A DNA stretch of 64,000 nt. Origin: an uncultured Thermoplasmatales archaeon. GTDB taxonomy: Archaea; Thermoplasmatota; E2; UBA202; DSCA01. The stretch lies in contig CAYPWJ010000001.1 in NCBI GenBank assembly GCA_964414415.1, positions 138,701 through 202,700 of the forward strand. The letters run 5' to 3'. The translations under genes were made by a program, and so were the position numbers. The notes below the pieces were generated by a model. It had not been told where the DNA came from. It made no database searches and saw only the letters and a program-made list of their open reading frames with translations. This document shows, one piece after another, positions 1-10,727 of the stretch. How positions within the stretch are numbered: position 1 is the stretch's first letter; each line of letters starts with the position of its first letter.

Positions 1-465
1 CTCGCGCAGATATGCAACGGCGACATGGAGCTATCCAAGCGCATTCTCTTTTTTCAGCCATACTCGCTAGAGGAACAGGAGCAGATGGTGGAGAAGGCCG
101 TCAAGATAGATGCAGGCCTCATCGTCGTCGACAGCGTCAATCTCTACTACCGGCTGTCTATGGAGGCCGACGAGGGCGCTGCCACACGGTCGCTCAGCCG
201 ACAGTTGGTCACCCTCCAGGTCACCGCCCGGAAGCGCAGCATCCCCGTCGTCGTTACCTCGCAGATCTACCGGATGGATGGCCGGATACGTCCCTTCGGC
301 GGGCGGAGCATCGATCACATGGTCAAGACAGCCGTATGCCTTGAGAAGATAGACGGACAGCGGGATGACGGGACTGAGACACGGCGGGCTGAGCTGGTCA
401 AGCATCGCTCCAAGCCAACCGGCGAAACGACTGTTTTCCGCATCGTCCAGGAGGGTCTTCGGTGA
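1..465 (+). CDS. radB: DNA repair protein RadB, C-terminal part (5' end outside window)
   Basis: Walker B LIVVDS, VVVTSQ and PFGG motifs and the RRAELVKHRS tail of RadB; frame open to position 1. Confidence 0.85.
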   Translation, partial: LAQICNGDMELSKRILFFQPYSLEEQEQMVEKAVKIDAGLIVVDSVNLYYRLSMEADEGAATRSLSRQLVTLQVTARKRSIPVVVTSQIYRMDGRIRPFGGRSIDHMVKTAVCLEKIDGQRDDGTETRRAELVKHRSKPTGETTVFRIVQEGLR

Positions 466-1007
466 GCGAGAAACACTGGCCAGTGCCAGGCAGCCGCGGC
501 ACAAAAGTACCGCTGGAGGGACGAGGCTCGTTCTGGGAGGACCGCGGCGACCGGCGTCACTGCGGCGTTGATCTCTACGCGCCGCATGGCAGCGACGTCT
601 ACGCCGTCGAGGACGGCCGCGTGCTCGACACCGGCATCATGACGTCGCCGGACGTCATGCCGTACTGGAACATCACCTACTATGCGTTCATACGCCACGG
701 AACCCTCGTCGCACGGTACGGGGAGCTGCACGACGTCACCGTTGCACCTGGCGATGAGACACGTGGCGGCGACGTCATCGGTCACGTGGGGACCGTTCTC
801 AACAGCCGCGCCGTCACTGATGAGGCGCCGGCATACATCCAACAGCTGTCCGCCAGGGACGCTGTCTCCATGCTCCACTTTGAGCTGTACCGCACCGTCC
901 CGGAGGAAAACGCGGCGTATCTGGGCGGCAACTGGTTCGGCGACTATCAGCCTGGCAGCCTCGTCGATCCGACTGAATACCTCAAGCAGGCCGCCCACGA
1001 TATATAA
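462..1007 (+). CDS. M23 family metallopeptidase-like protein
   Basis: HCGVDL (HxxxD) motif, G.VG.V and LHFE motifs; GTGA overlap with radB stop. Confidence 0.8.
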   Translation: MSEKHWPVPGSRGTKVPLEGRGSFWEDRGDRRHCGVDLYAPHGSDVYAVEDGRVLDTGIMTSPDVMPYWNITYYAFIRHGTLVARYGELHDVTVAPGDETRGGDVIGHVGTVLNSRAVTDEAPAYIQQLSARDAVSMLHFELYRTVPEENAAYLGGNWFGDYQPGSLVDPTEYLKQAAHDI

Positions 1008-1051
1008 AATAATGCACATTGTTTTTAAATAGATATATCATTAACGCGGCA

Positions 1052-1675
1052 GTGACCCTCAGAAACAAGAGGCAGTACCTGCTGTTGGCTGCAGCCGTTG
1101 GATGCATCGCCGGGCTGTACCTCGCCAGCACCGCATCCGGCCCTGCATCCATCTCGCTGGCACGGCTGGCCGAGCATGAAGGCGAGGAGGTGCAGGTGAC
1201 CGGGCTCGTCGTCCACGTGGAGCACTACGACACGGCAGTGAGCTTCGTGCTCCGTAACGGCTCCGTGTCCACCACGGTTTTTTCGCCCGACGGCGCCCCC
1301 GTCCGGCTGGGTGACCGTGTGCAGGTGACCGGCGAGGTGCAGCGATACGAGGGCATGCTCGAAATCCTCTCCGAGCACACAACGATCCTTGAACGCGCAA
1401 ACGATACCATCCCTCTCCAGGTGCTCGCCGAGCAGCATCGCCGTTTCCTCGACACCTGCATCACCACCCGCGGCGCCGCCGTCAACGTCACCCCAGACTC
1501 GTTTCGGCTCGTAAACGGCAGCTGCAACGTCGACGTCCGGCATATCGGCAGGACGTGCAACGTGACGACAGGCGACGTGGTGACCGTAACGGCGATGCTC
1601 CGCTACGATCCGGAACGGATGTGCTTCTACCTGTCCATCGAGCGCGGCACGCACGGCGTCGAACGGCCGGGATGA
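1052..1675 (+). CDS. Membrane-anchored OB-fold protein (two OB-like repeats)
   Basis: N-terminal hydrophobic helix; GDRVQVTGEV.RYEG.LEI and GDVVTVTA repeats; start uncertain (1019 or 1052). Confidence 0.65.
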   Translation: MTLRNKRQYLLLAAAVGCIAGLYLASTASGPASISLARLAEHEGEEVQVTGLVVHVEHYDTAVSFVLRNGSVSTTVFSPDGAPVRLGDRVQVTGEVQRYEGMLEILSEHTTILERANDTIPLQVLAEQHRRFLDTCITTRGAAVNVTPDSFRLVNGSCNVDVRHIGRTCNVTTGDVVTVTAMLRYDPERMCFYLSIERGTHGVERPG

Positions 1676-1676
1676 C

Positions 1677-2954
1677 ATGACCGGCCTGTTCCCCATCCTG
1701 GCCTGCGCCGCAGCTGGCACCCTGATCGGATGGACGACGGGGCTCATCCCGGGGCTGCATGTCAACACGGTGGCGCTGCTCCTGCTCTCGCTGGCCGACG
1801 TAGTCTCGTCGCTGCTCACAGGCGTTCCTGGCATCACCGCAGGCATGGCGCCGCTCCTGCTGGCCGTCATCGTCGCCGCGACGTCAATCGCACATACCTT
1901 CGTGAACATCATACCGTCCACGTTTCTCGGTGCACCGGAGGAGGACACCGCCCTGGTCATGTTGCCCGCTCATTCGCTCCTCCGTCAGGGCCGGGGCTAC
2001 CGTGCCGTGGCGCTGTCGGCGGCGGGAAGCGCTGGAGCCGTCGCCGTCGGCCTTGCATGCCTCGTCCCGTTCCGGCTGCTGCTCGGCTCGCCGACCCACC
2101 TGTATGGCCTGCTGACGGACGTCATGCCCTGGGTGCTCCTTGCCGTGGCGGTCGTCCTCGTCGGCACTGAAAAAGATGGCCGGCACGTGGCTGCTGCCCT
2201 TGTTTTGTTTCTGTTGGCTGGCGTGTTCGGCATGGCTGTCTTCGAGCTGCATCCCGCGGCGCCGCTCGACCTGCCTGGCTCGCTTTTGTTCCCGGCGCTG
2301 TCGGGCCTGTTTGCGATTCCCACGCTGCTGCATTCGATGGACGCGGCGCCGGTGCCCGAGCAACAGGTCGAGAACGGCGACGTATCGCCCGGGATACCGG
2401 ATGTGGGGACGGGGGCGACGGCGGGCGCAGCTGTCTCGGTGCTTCCAGGCGTTACTGCCGCCGTTGCCACGGTGCTGGCGCTCGTGGCACGCGGCCGGAA
2501 GCAAGCCGAGAGCATCATCGTGACGCTCTCTGCGGTCAACACCGCCAACGCTTTTTTCGTCCTCGCCGCGCTCTTTGTCATCGGGCGGGCGCGGAGCGGG
2601 GGTGCCACCGTCATCCAGGAGCTGCTGCCGGTGGAGCCGTGGACGGGGTCGCTGCCGCCTGCCGCGCTGCCGGTGCTGCTCATCGCGGTCGTGGTCGCAG
2701 GCGCGGCGTCGTATTATTTCACGCGGGCAGCTGGGCGGGCTGCGGCCCGGTATATCTCCGCTGTGCCGTACCGACAGGTGGCCCAGGCGACCATGGTCGG
2801 CATCGGCGTCATGGTGGCTCTGTTCACCGGCGTTGTCGGCCTTGCCTGTCTCCTCGCCGGCTCTCTTGTCGGTCTGCTCTGCCTGAAATGGCGGGTGCGC
2901 CGCAGCGTGCTGATGGGATTCCTGCTCCTCCCGATACTCCTGTATTACCTGTAA
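1677..2954 (+). CDS. Tripartite tricarboxylate transporter TctA-like (DUF112) membrane protein
   Basis: TGLIPGLHVNT and HTF..IPSTFLGAPE...LPAH..L..GRG motifs; polytopic. Confidence 0.85.
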   Translation: MTGLFPILACAAAGTLIGWTTGLIPGLHVNTVALLLLSLADVVSSLLTGVPGITAGMAPLLLAVIVAATSIAHTFVNIIPSTFLGAPEEDTALVMLPAHSLLRQGRGYRAVALSAAGSAGAVAVGLACLVPFRLLLGSPTHLYGLLTDVMPWVLLAVAVVLVGTEKDGRHVAAALVLFLLAGVFGMAVFELHPAAPLDLPGSLLFPALSGLFAIPTLLHSMDAAPVPEQQVENGDVSPGIPDVGTGATAGAAVSVLPGVTAAVATVLALVARGRKQAESIIVTLSAVNTANAFFVLAALFVIGRARSGGATVIQELLPVEPWTGSLPPAALPVLLIAVVVAGAASYYFTRAAGRAAARYISAVPYRQVAQATMVGIGVMVALFTGVVGLACLLAGSLVGLLCLKWRVRRSVLMGFLLLPILLYYL

Positions 2955-3017
2955 ACCATGCATCTGCAATAATCCTTTTAAAAAACCGTCTGTTTGTCTA
3001 CAATGGGAGGTGAAAAA

Positions 3018-3116
3018 ATGGAAATCGCACGGTCGGAGGAGAGCGCGGGGACCTTTCTGCTCATCTTCGCTGTTCTCCTGACTATTATCACGCTGGCCGC
3101 CGCCCTGCTGCTGTAG
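3018..3116 (+). CDS. Small single-TM protein, 32 aa (MEIARSEESAGTFLLIFAVLLTIITLAAALLL)
   Basis: Perfect GGAGGTGA Shine-Dalgarno at 3006-3013, ATG 3018, TAG 3114-3116; not in ORF track. Confidence 0.6.
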   Translation: MEIARSEESAGTFLLIFAVLLTIITLAAALLL

Positions 3117-3199
3117 GCGAAGGCGACATGAAGCTAACGAGCCAGGCGGCAGATGGCTCAGCCGGCAACTATCCAGATATTCTCGGATGCATCGAGGTG

Positions 3200-3661
3200 T
3201 TACATCTCTTTGACGGCCTTCCACGTCCGCTTCCGGTAGGGCTGTACGTCGATGCCATGTTCGCGGGCGACGAGCAGCGCCGCCACCTCGGGGATGACGT
3301 GCTCCTGTTCCGCCCGCTCGCTGACCATGCGCCTCGCCTCCTCCTCGGACATCTCTCTGGCAGATAACGTCTCGCAGATCTCGGTGACCAGGTCCCGGCG
3401 TTTGGTCTGCACGATGCTGCCGTCGACTTCGAAGCCCAGCGGCACCTCGACGGCTGCAGGGTCAAACGTGGGCGTGTAGCCCGCATCGGTTTCCTCCAGC
3501 AGTCCCTGCTCGAGGCCGCGCTTGATGAACCGCTTCGCCTGTGCCGGGGTCAGCCAGCCGAGCTCGTAGGACAGCGTCATGTATATCTCGTTGTCGTCCA
3601 GGCTGTCCGTGCCGCTCCGCTGAAACAAAAACGCGATGAGTTTCCTCGCCTCCGTTGTCAT
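3200..3661 (-). CDS. DUF2240 family protein
   Basis: LSYELGWLTP..AK...TPTFDP..VEVPLGF pattern typical of the archaeal family. Confidence 0.75.
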   Translation of the reverse strand: MTTEARKLIAFLFQRSGTDSLDDNEIYMTLSYELGWLTPAQAKRFIKRGLEQGLLEETDAGYTPTFDPAAVEVPLGFEVDGSIVQTKRRDLVTEICETLSAREMSEEEARRMVSERAEQEHVIPEVAALLVAREHGIDVQPYRKRTWKAVKEM

Positions 3662-4134
3662 GCTATCCGCTCCACAAGGCCTTCGGTATCGTCCAGACGC
3701 CATGCCTCGACGGTCCACGTCTCCCGCCACGCATCGTCGACGACGAGCCCCGTCAGCCCGAATCGACGGACGCGCTGCTGCGCCTGCAGCGGCCGCTCGG
3801 AGCGCAGATAGAGGTCGCTCTCCACCATGTCGACAAGCCGACCGAGGTCGTCGTCGGATGCATCGCCGAGGGTGACTCTGGCTGCCCCGGCAACGACCAG
3901 GTCGATGACGTCCTCTACGCGCCGCGGCGCCGCGTCAAGCCACAGAAACGCCTTCCTGGATACCTTCTTGTAGACGTCGAGGTTGGCCCTGTTGCGCCGA
4001 TGGCCGTCCAGGTCGACCACGTAGAGCAGGTCATGCTCGCCGCGGAGCTCCCGCAGCGTCTCGACGGCGCTGCCATGTTCTCCTTCGAGGAGAGCCTGGC
4101 CGCGTTCGACGTACACCAGCGGTATCTGGTCCAT
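3658..4134 (-). CDS. Truncated HisA/HisF-related TIM-barrel protein
   Basis: LYVVDLDG, LWLDAA.R...DV.D.V.AGA..V.LG motifs. Confidence 0.6.
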   Translation of the reverse strand: MDQIPLVYVERGQALLEGEHGSAVETLRELRGEHDLLYVVDLDGHRRNRANLDVYKKVSRKAFLWLDAAPRRVEDVIDLVVAGAARVTLGDASDDDLGRLVDMVESDLYLRSERPLQAQQRVRRFGLTGLVVDDAWRETWTVEAWRLDDTEGLVERIA

Positions 4135-4209
4135 CGGACGGCAAACACAGGGGACGTTAAAACGTTTTCCACCCGCCAACCTTTAAATGAGGCAGGAGAT
4201 GTAGACCTC

Positions 4210-5235
4210 GTGCAGAGGACGGCTATCTCGGTAGCGCGGCGCAAGGCGCAGGAAGCGCTGCAGCAGCTCATCCAGCGCGGATTGCTGGACGACAGCCGGC
4301 GCATCAGCCGCACTGAGCATGAGGTCCAGATCCCCGTCGTCACACCTCCAGATGATTTTCCCTGTGCGTTCAAGGTCGTCGAGCAGGAGGAAATCCAGCC
4401 GCGCAGATATCCAACGCCGATGGCCGAGATACACGCCCGCATTCAGCAGGAGCTGCCGGATGTTGACGTGGCAATGCTGCCCGACAGCTGGGAAAAAATC
4501 GGCGACATCCTCGTCATGTGCTTCCCCGACGGCTTCCCCGGGAAACAGCAAGCCGCCGCGGTATACGCCGCCGTGCTGGGCTGCCGCGCCGTCCTAGAAG
4601 ACATCGGCGGCATATCCGGGATCAAGCGCCAGCCGCGCGTCCAGCATCTCTGGGGCGACCACGACACCGAGACAGTCCACCGGGAAAACGGCATCGCCTT
4701 CAGGCTCGATCCACAGCGCGTGATGTTCTCGTCGGGCAACGTCGACGAGCGCATCCGAATGGCATCTGCGGCAACTGAAGGCGAGGTCGTCGTCGACCTC
4801 TTCGCCGGCATCGGCTACTTCACGCTGCCGCTGGCCGTGCATGGCAGCGCCAGGGTCTACGCCTGCGACATCAACCCAACGGCTGCCGGTTATCTCCGAG
4901 AGAGCGTCCGTCTCAACGGCGTCGAGAGCCGCGTCGACGTTTTGGAGGGTGACTGTCGCAGCGTGGCGCCGCGCGGCGTTGCGGAGCGCGTGGTCATGGG
5001 ACACCTGAAGGCAGCACCCTTTCTCCCCACGGCCATGGAGGCGCTACATCCGGCGGGCGGCATAGTGCACTACCACTGCACCTGCTCCGCCGACGATTTC
5101 CCCGATGAACCGCTGGAAGATGTGCGAAAAGCGGCACGAAACGCGGGGTGGAGCACGGAGCTTTTGCAGCCCAAGATGGTCAAGTCCTATGCGCCCGGCG
5201 TCGTCCACGGCGTCCTCGACGTCGCCGTCGAGTAA
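4210..5235 (+). CDS. Trm5/Taw2 (Met-10+)-family class I SAM-dependent tRNA modification enzyme
   Basis: WEKIGDI, ETVHRENGI.F.LD..VMFSSGN..ER, VVDLFAGIGYF motifs. Confidence 0.85.
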   Translation: MQRTAISVARRKAQEALQQLIQRGLLDDSRRISRTEHEVQIPVVTPPDDFPCAFKVVEQEEIQPRRYPTPMAEIHARIQQELPDVDVAMLPDSWEKIGDILVMCFPDGFPGKQQAAAVYAAVLGCRAVLEDIGGISGIKRQPRVQHLWGDHDTETVHRENGIAFRLDPQRVMFSSGNVDERIRMASAATEGEVVVDLFAGIGYFTLPLAVHGSARVYACDINPTAAGYLRESVRLNGVESRVDVLEGDCRSVAPRGVAERVVMGHLKAAPFLPTAMEALHPAGGIVHYHCTCSADDFPDEPLEDVRKAARNAGWSTELLQPKMVKSYAPGVVHGVLDVAVE

Positions 5236-5314
5236 AAACCGAAACATTTGAATAGCCACAGCGGGGGCCTGGCAGTATGTTTATAAACGCTGCTGGCATT
5301 GACCAACGAGAGAC

Positions 5315-6250
5315 ATGACCGAACTAGAAGACCTCCCGGGGGTTGGCCCCTCAACGGCGAAAAAACTCGAGGAATCAGGCTTCTCCGACCTCATGTCCAT
5401 CGCGGTTGCGTCGCCCGGCGAGCTGTCCAGCCTCGGCGACATCGGCGAGAGCACAGCTAGAAAGATCATCCAGGCAGCCCGCGACGAGGCCGACGTCGGC
5501 GGATTCGAAAGCGGCGAAAAGATCATGGAGCGCATGCGGCAGCGCCGGAAACTCACGACGGGCTCAAAGTCGTTCGACGAGCTGCTCGGCGGCGGATTCG
5601 AAAGCCAGGCCATCACCGAGCTGTTCGGCGAGTTCGGCTCCGGCAAGACACAGGTCGCGCTGCAGCTCTCCGTCACGGCGCAGCTCCCCGAGGAAGAGGG
5701 CGGCCTCGACGGCCACACGGTCTTCATCGACACGGAGAACACGTTCCGGCCGGAGCGCGTCATCCAGATGGCCGAGGCGATGGACGTCGAGCCGGAGGAG
5801 GCGTTGAAAAAGATACACGTCGCGACTGCCTACAACTCCAACCACCAGATGATGCTGGTGAAAAAAGCCGACGAGATCGCGAAGGAGCACCCCATCCGCC
5901 TGGTCATCGTGGACTCCCTGACCGGCCACTTCCGGGCGGAATACGTCGGCCGCGGAACACTCGCCGACCGGCAGCAGAAGCTCAACACGCACATGCACGA
6001 CCTGCTCAGGTTCGGCCGTCTCAACAATGCAGCCATCTGCGTCACCAACCAGGTCTCCGCAAAGCCAGACGCCTTTTTCGGCGATCCAACGCGACCCATC
6101 GGCGGCCACATCGTCGGCCACACGGCCATGTTCCGCATCTATCTCCGCAAGTCAAAGGGCGGCAAACGCATCGCCCGTCTCATCGACTCGCCGCACCTGC
6201 CGGAGGGAGAGGCGGTCTTCATGGTCAACGAGGACGGCATACGTGACTGA
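5315..6250 (+). CDS. radA: DNA recombinase RadA
   Basis: N-terminal HhH (LEDLPGVGP), Walker [35 protein letters not shown]. Confidence 0.97.
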   Translation: MTELEDLPGVGPSTAKKLEESGFSDLMSIAVASPGELSSLGDIGESTARKIIQAARDEADVGGFESGEKIMERMRQRRKLTTGSKSFDELLGGGFESQAITELFGEFGSGKTQVALQLSVTAQLPEEEGGLDGHTVFIDTENTFRPERVIQMAEAMDVEPEEALKKIHVATAYNSNHQMMLVKKADEIAKEHPIRLVIVDSLTGHFRAEYVGRGTLADRQQKLNTHMHDLLRFGRLNNAAICVTNQVSAKPDAFFGDPTRPIGGHIVGHTAMFRIYLRKSKGGKRIARLIDSPHLPEGEAVFMVNEDGIRD

Positions 6251-6251
6251 C

Positions 6252-7286
6252 ATGCCAGACAGGATAGCGCTCCCGCAGGGGGCAGGCGGCAGCGAAACCG
6301 AGGCGTTCATCAAAAACCATATTCTCCCGCGATTTGAGCAACCGAACGTGGAGGTATCCCTCGAGGCGCTCGACGATGCAGCGGTCGTCGACGGCGTCGT
6401 GTTCACCACGGACAGCCATACCGTCCAGCCGCTCTTTTTCCCCGGTGGCGACATCGGCAGCCTCGCCGTCGCTGGCACCGTCAACGACGTCGCGGTCATG
6501 GGCGCCGAGCCAATCGCGCTCTCCGCAGCCGTCATCATCGAGGAGGGCCTGCCGATGGAGACCATCGAACGCGCCCTGGACGGCATGGCGTCCTGCTCCC
6601 GCGACGCAGGCGTCCCCGTCGTCACCGGCGACACCAAGGTCATCGAGCACGGCGCACTGCAGGAAATGATTGTCACCACGGCGGGCATCGGCCGGGCAAG
6701 CGAGGCGCTACGGTGCAACCTCGAGCACCTCGACCGCGCGAACAGGTGGCTGAGGGACAGCGCCCTCCGGCCCGGCGACCGTCTCATCCTGAGCGGCCAC
6801 GTCGCCGACCACGGCATCGCGCTGCTGTCCTTCAGGGAGGGCTACGGCTTCGAGACCGAGATAACGTCCGACGTGGCGCCGGTCAACGGCCTGATACAGC
6901 AGTGCCTGCAGGCAGGCGGTGTCGTCGCTGCGAAGGACCCGACCCGGGGTGGCCTGGCCAACACGCTGCACGAAATGGCGTCCAAGTCCTGTGTCGGCAT
7001 GCACATCATGGAGGAACGTATCCCCGTCAGGGAGGGCACCATGGCGGCGTGCGAGATGCTCGGCATCGATCCGTATACGGTCGGCAACGAGGGCAAGGTC
7101 GTGCTCGCCGTCACACCCGACATGGCTGATGACGTCCTGCAGGCCATGCGGCGGCATCCACTGGGCGGCGATGCAGCCGTCATCGGGCAGGTGACTGACG
7201 GACAGCGCGTCGTGCTGGAGACAGCCGTGGGCGGTACCCGTCTGCTTGAGGCACCAGTCGGCGACCCCATCCCCCGCATCTGCTGA
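6252..7286 (+). CDS. hypE: Hydrogenase maturation carbamoyl dehydratase HypE
   Basis: FTTDSHTVQPLFFPGGDIG, DPTRGGL, C-terminal PRIC. Confidence 0.95.
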   Translation: MPDRIALPQGAGGSETEAFIKNHILPRFEQPNVEVSLEALDDAAVVDGVVFTTDSHTVQPLFFPGGDIGSLAVAGTVNDVAVMGAEPIALSAAVIIEEGLPMETIERALDGMASCSRDAGVPVVTGDTKVIEHGALQEMIVTTAGIGRASEALRCNLEHLDRANRWLRDSALRPGDRLILSGHVADHGIALLSFREGYGFETEITSDVAPVNGLIQQCLQAGGVVAAKDPTRGGLANTLHEMASKSCVGMHIMEERIPVREGTMAACEMLGIDPYTVGNEGKVVLAVTPDMADDVLQAMRRHPLGGDAAVIGQVTDGQRVVLETAVGGTRLLEAPVGDPIPRIC

Positions 7287-7289
7287 ACG

Positions 7290-8180
7290 TTACACCAGAT
7301 TTGCTTCCAGGCAGCCCACCCAGAGCATCTCGAACAGGATGGCGATGACGAGCGGCACCCCGGCTGTCTCGCTGAACAGCGGCAGCGCGATGAGGATGGC
7401 CAGACCCTCGTTTTTGAAGGAGCCGAACAGCATGAGCGGTCGCAGCCGCGCACGTGGCACGCCGGCACGTTTGCCAGCGAGCTTTATCAGGATACCGCTG
7501 CCAAACGTGCGCACTGCAACGGCTGCAGCGATGACTGCCACCATCGGCCATTCATGGAACAAAAAAGAGCGCCGTGCCCCGACAATGCCGAACATCAACA
7601 CAAAGAAGCACACGTTGGTCAGCATCGTCACCTGCCGCGACGACAGCGGCAGCCGCCGCGCCCCGCGGGAGAGCAGCAGCGGCAGCAGGATGAGCAGGAG
7701 CACCGTCCGGACGATCTCCCATGTGCTGATTGCCTCGCCGGCGCACAAGAAAATGATGAGCGGCGTCAGCGCGAGCGAGCAGAGATAGAGAAACGACAGC
7801 GAGACCAGCGAGAACTCGACGTCACCACCGATGACCCGCGATATGGGGAGCACGGCGACCGCCGGGGGCACCGCGGCCATCGCGACGAACCCGTACCGGA
7901 CGGGCGGCTGGAAGAGCATCCCGAGTGCGATGGCCAAGCCGGACAGCCATACAAAGCTCATGAAAAACGGCAGCATGATACGGCGTCCCTCCCGCCGGAG
8001 CTCGATGTCGCGCAGCCGGATGGGCATCAGTGAAAATGTCATCGCCACCATGAGCGATACCGTGGATATTTCGGTGGTGTAGCCAGGATAGCCGCCGACG
8101 AGCAGGCCTGCACCGATGGCCAGCGAGACCATCAGAGCGAAGCTGGACAGCAGCTTCCGGATGGCGGCCACGAGGGGCAT
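7290..8180 (-). CDS. Bile acid:sodium symporter-like membrane transporter
   Basis: Polytopic; MTFSL, AAVPPAVAV.P...GG and FKNEGLA motifs. Confidence 0.7.
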   Translation of the reverse strand: MPLVAAIRKLLSSFALMVSLAIGAGLLVGGYPGYTTEISTVSLMVAMTFSLMPIRLRDIELRREGRRIMLPFFMSFVWLSGLAIALGMLFQPPVRYGFVAMAAVPPAVAVLPISRVIGGDVEFSLVSLSFLYLCSLALTPLIIFLCAGEAISTWEIVRTVLLLILLPLLLSRGARRLPLSSRQVTMLTNVCFFVLMFGIVGARRSFLFHEWPMVAVIAAAVAVRTFGSGILIKLAGKRAGVPRARLRPLMLFGSFKNEGLAILIALPLFSETAGVPLVIAILFEMLWVGCLEANLV

Positions 8181-8233
8181 CTACAGCGACGCCCCGTCAT
8201 CCTGTATATTGCTTCGAAGACGGCACATCGCCG

Positions 8234-9598
8234 TCATTGTTTCTCCGCGATGCCGCGTGCCGCTATCATGCCCGTCGCCGCAGATGCGACGATACCTCGA
8301 GATAGACCCGCGCCGTCACCGGCCACGAAAAAATTATCGATGTCCGTCTCAAGCCCGTCATTCACCTCGAATCGCATCGAATAAAACTTTATCTCCGGGG
8401 CATACAGCAGCGTGGAATCCTGCGCGATGCCCGGGATGACGGCCGACAGTGCATCCAGCCCCTCCACTAGGTCGGTGACCACGCGGTGGGGAAGCGCCAT
8501 CGATATGTCTCCCGGTGTCGCGTTTCTGAGTGTGGGTGCCACATAGGAGCGCCGGATGCGTTCCCAGGTGGAGCGCCGCCCTGATTTGAGGTCGCCGAGC
8601 CGCTGGACGATGGGCATGTCGCCGCCGAGAATGGATGCCATCTCGGCGATGGATGAACCATAGGCGGTGGTGTTTTCCTGTGGCTCCGTCAGCTCGACGT
8701 TGACGAGGAACGCGAAGTTGGTGTTCTCCGACGTGCTGTCTATGGATGAATGACCGTTCACGGACACGTATTCGCCGTAGTCCTCCATCACTACGAATCC
8801 CTTCGGGCAGACGCAGAACGTCCGGACGAAGTCGTCATATGTCGACGTGTAGATGTGAAACTTGGGGTCCCATGCTTTGGCGACGATGTCCTCTATGACC
8901 ATCGCTGGCACCTCGACACGGACGCCGATGTCGATTGGCGCGTGCCGCGTCGCGATGTCGTGCCGTTCGGCCTGCCTGCTCAGCCATGCAGCACCGGAGC
9001 GGCCGACGGCCGCGATGACATAGGTCGCCTCCACGGTACCGTTCTCCAGCTGGAGGCGGAACGGGCCGTCGCGCTCAATGTCCTGCACCTCGGTTTCTAG
9101 CAGAAACGAGACACCTTGCTTTTCCAGCCATACATGCAGGGACGAGATGACCTTGGGGAGGCGGTCGGAGCCGATGTGCCGCTGCGGAATCGGGATGAAC
9201 CGGATGCCGTGCTGCGATGCTGTCTTTTCCAGCTCGTCGAGGTCGTGTCCGTAGAGCTTGTCGGGGGCGCCGTGCTCCAGGAAGATGTCGTCGATGCGCT
9301 GAACCAGCTCGTCTGCGTCGTCGGTAAACTCGTACAGGTTGCCGCCGACATCTGCGCGGAGGTTGAGCTTGCCGTCGGACAGGCCGCCGGCGCCGCCCAA
9401 GCCGCACAAAATGGCGCAGGGGTCGCACTTGAAGCACTTCGTGTATTGCTCCATGGGGCACCGTCGCTCCGTAATCGCTTTTCCTTTGTCGATGATGACA
9501 ATGTCGTCGATGCCCTGCATGGCGAGTTCATGCGCAGCGAAAAGCCCTGCCGGCCCGGCTCCGATGATAGCCACGGTGTAGCGGTTGTTTCGTGCCAC
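8234..9598 (-). CDS. FAD/NAD(P)-dependent oxidoreductase (conserved uncharacterised flavoprotein)
   Basis: GAGPAG Rossmann, C.C..C..C.I.CG.GGAG..SDGKL, VRTFCVCP, GDGAG.SRG. Confidence 0.85.
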   Translation of the reverse strand: MARNNRYTVAIIGAGPAGLFAAHELAMQGIDDIVIIDKGKAITERRCPMEQYTKCFKCDPCAILCGLGGAGGLSDGKLNLRADVGGNLYEFTDDADELVQRIDDIFLEHGAPDKLYGHDLDELEKTASQHGIRFIPIPQRHIGSDRLPKVISSLHVWLEKQGVSFLLETEVQDIERDGPFRLQLENGTVEATYVIAAVGRSGAAWLSRQAERHDIATRHAPIDIGVRVEVPAMVIEDIVAKAWDPKFHIYTSTYDDFVRTFCVCPKGFVVMEDYGEYVSVNGHSSIDSTSENTNFAFLVNVELTEPQENTTAYGSSIAEMASILGGDMPIVQRLGDLKSGRRSTWERIRRSYVAPTLRNATPGDISMALPHRVVTDLVEGLDALSAVIPGIAQDSTLLYAPEIKFYSMRFEVNDGLETDIDNFFVAGDGAGLSRGIVASAATGMIAARGIAEKQ

Positions 9599-9689
9599 AG
9601 ATGCAATCCCCCGATGGACTTAAATACATTTTCCTGCCGGGCCGCACATCCCACAATCAATATATACGTGCTTTCCATATCCGACTGAA

Positions 9690-10727
9690 ATGAGATATCT
9701 CAAGCTGGAAAACGGCAGGGTCGACGACTTTTTAGAACAGCTTTCCGCCTATGGCGACCTCTATGCCCCGACCCAGATATCTGAGGAATTCTACGACTAC
9801 CGGGAGATAGAGGACGTCGACGACGTCGCCTTTGACTACACCCGGACGATAACTCCGGCAAAAAAATACTTCATCCCGACCGAGCAGGAGATGTTCACGT
9901 TCGACATGGAGACAAGTGAGTACGAGGAGACGCTGGATGACGTCGAGCCATTTGTGCTCTTTGGGTTGCACGCGTGCAGCATCGTCGGGCTGCGCATCCT
10001 CGACGGCGTCTATCTCAACCAGTACCCGGACAAGTATTACAAGGTGCGCCGTGACGCCGGGATCATCATCGGTCTGAGCTGCCTGCCGGACGAATACTGC
10101 TTCTGCAACCTTCGCCGGACGGATTTCGTCGACGTGGGCTTCGACCTCTTTCTCCATGAGCTTCCCGACGGCTACCTCATACGGGTGGGCAGCGAAAAAG
10201 GCCACAAGATCGTCGACGAAAACCCGGGCCTCTTCGTCGAGGTGACGCCGGAAGACATCAAGCACTTCAAGCAATTCGAGAAAAAACGGCATGAACTGTT
10301 CCAGTATCAGGGCAGCTTCGACAACCTGCGCTACATGCTCGAGCTCACCAAGGGTCACCCGCTCTGGGAGGAGGAAAGCGAGAAATGCCTCGGCTGCGGC
10401 AACTGCACCATGACGTGTCCGACGTGCAGGTGCTACGACGTGCAGGACATCCCCGACATCGACGGTCGCCACGGCAAACGCGTGCGCTTCTGGGATTCCT
10501 GCCAGTTCCGAAGCCACGGGCTCGTTGCTGGGGGCCACAACTTCCGCGAGACAAAAAAAGACCGCTTCATCAATCGATATGTCTGCAAGAACGCGTATTT
10601 CTATCCTTTGGGGACGAGCTACTGCGTCGGCTGCGGCAACTGCACCTATTTCTGCCCGGCTGACATCGACTTCCTGGACAACCTGATGAAAATACGCGGC
10701 ATCGCGGAGGAAACATATGAGCAATGA
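9690..10727 (+). CDS. hydB: Group 3b [NiFe] sulfhydrogenase beta subunit (Fe-S)
   Basis: [20 protein letters not shown] and CVGCGNC..CP cluster motifs. Confidence 0.9.
   Translation: MRYLKLENGRVDDFLEQLSAYGDLYAPTQISEEFYDYREIEDVDDVAFDYTRTITPAKKYFIPTEQEMFTFDMETSEYEETLDDVEPFVLFGLHACSIVGLRILDGVYLNQYPDKYYKVRRDAGIIIGLSCLPDEYCFCNLRRTDFVDVGFDLFLHELPDGYLIRVGSEKGHKIVDENPGLFVEVTPEDIKHFKQFEKKRHELFQYQGSFDNLRYMLELTKGHPLWEEESEKCLGCGNCTMTCPTCRCYDVQDIPDIDGRHGKRVRFWDSCQFRSHGLVAGGHNFRETKKDRFINRYVCKNAYFYPLGTSYCVGCGNCTYFCPADIDFLDNLMKIRGIAEETYEQ

Noticed and set aside
3117..3199. Possible structured ncRNA between convergent genes
   Set aside because: Only short stems (GAGCCA/TGGCTC); no recognisable family
3655..4209. 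Long N-terminal extension of the Trm5/Taw2-like ORF (526 aa)
   Set aside because: Antisense shadow of the HisA-like gene; homology starts near GTG 4210
5315..6250. Intein in RadA
   Set aside because: 311 aa with a continuous Walker A region; no insertion
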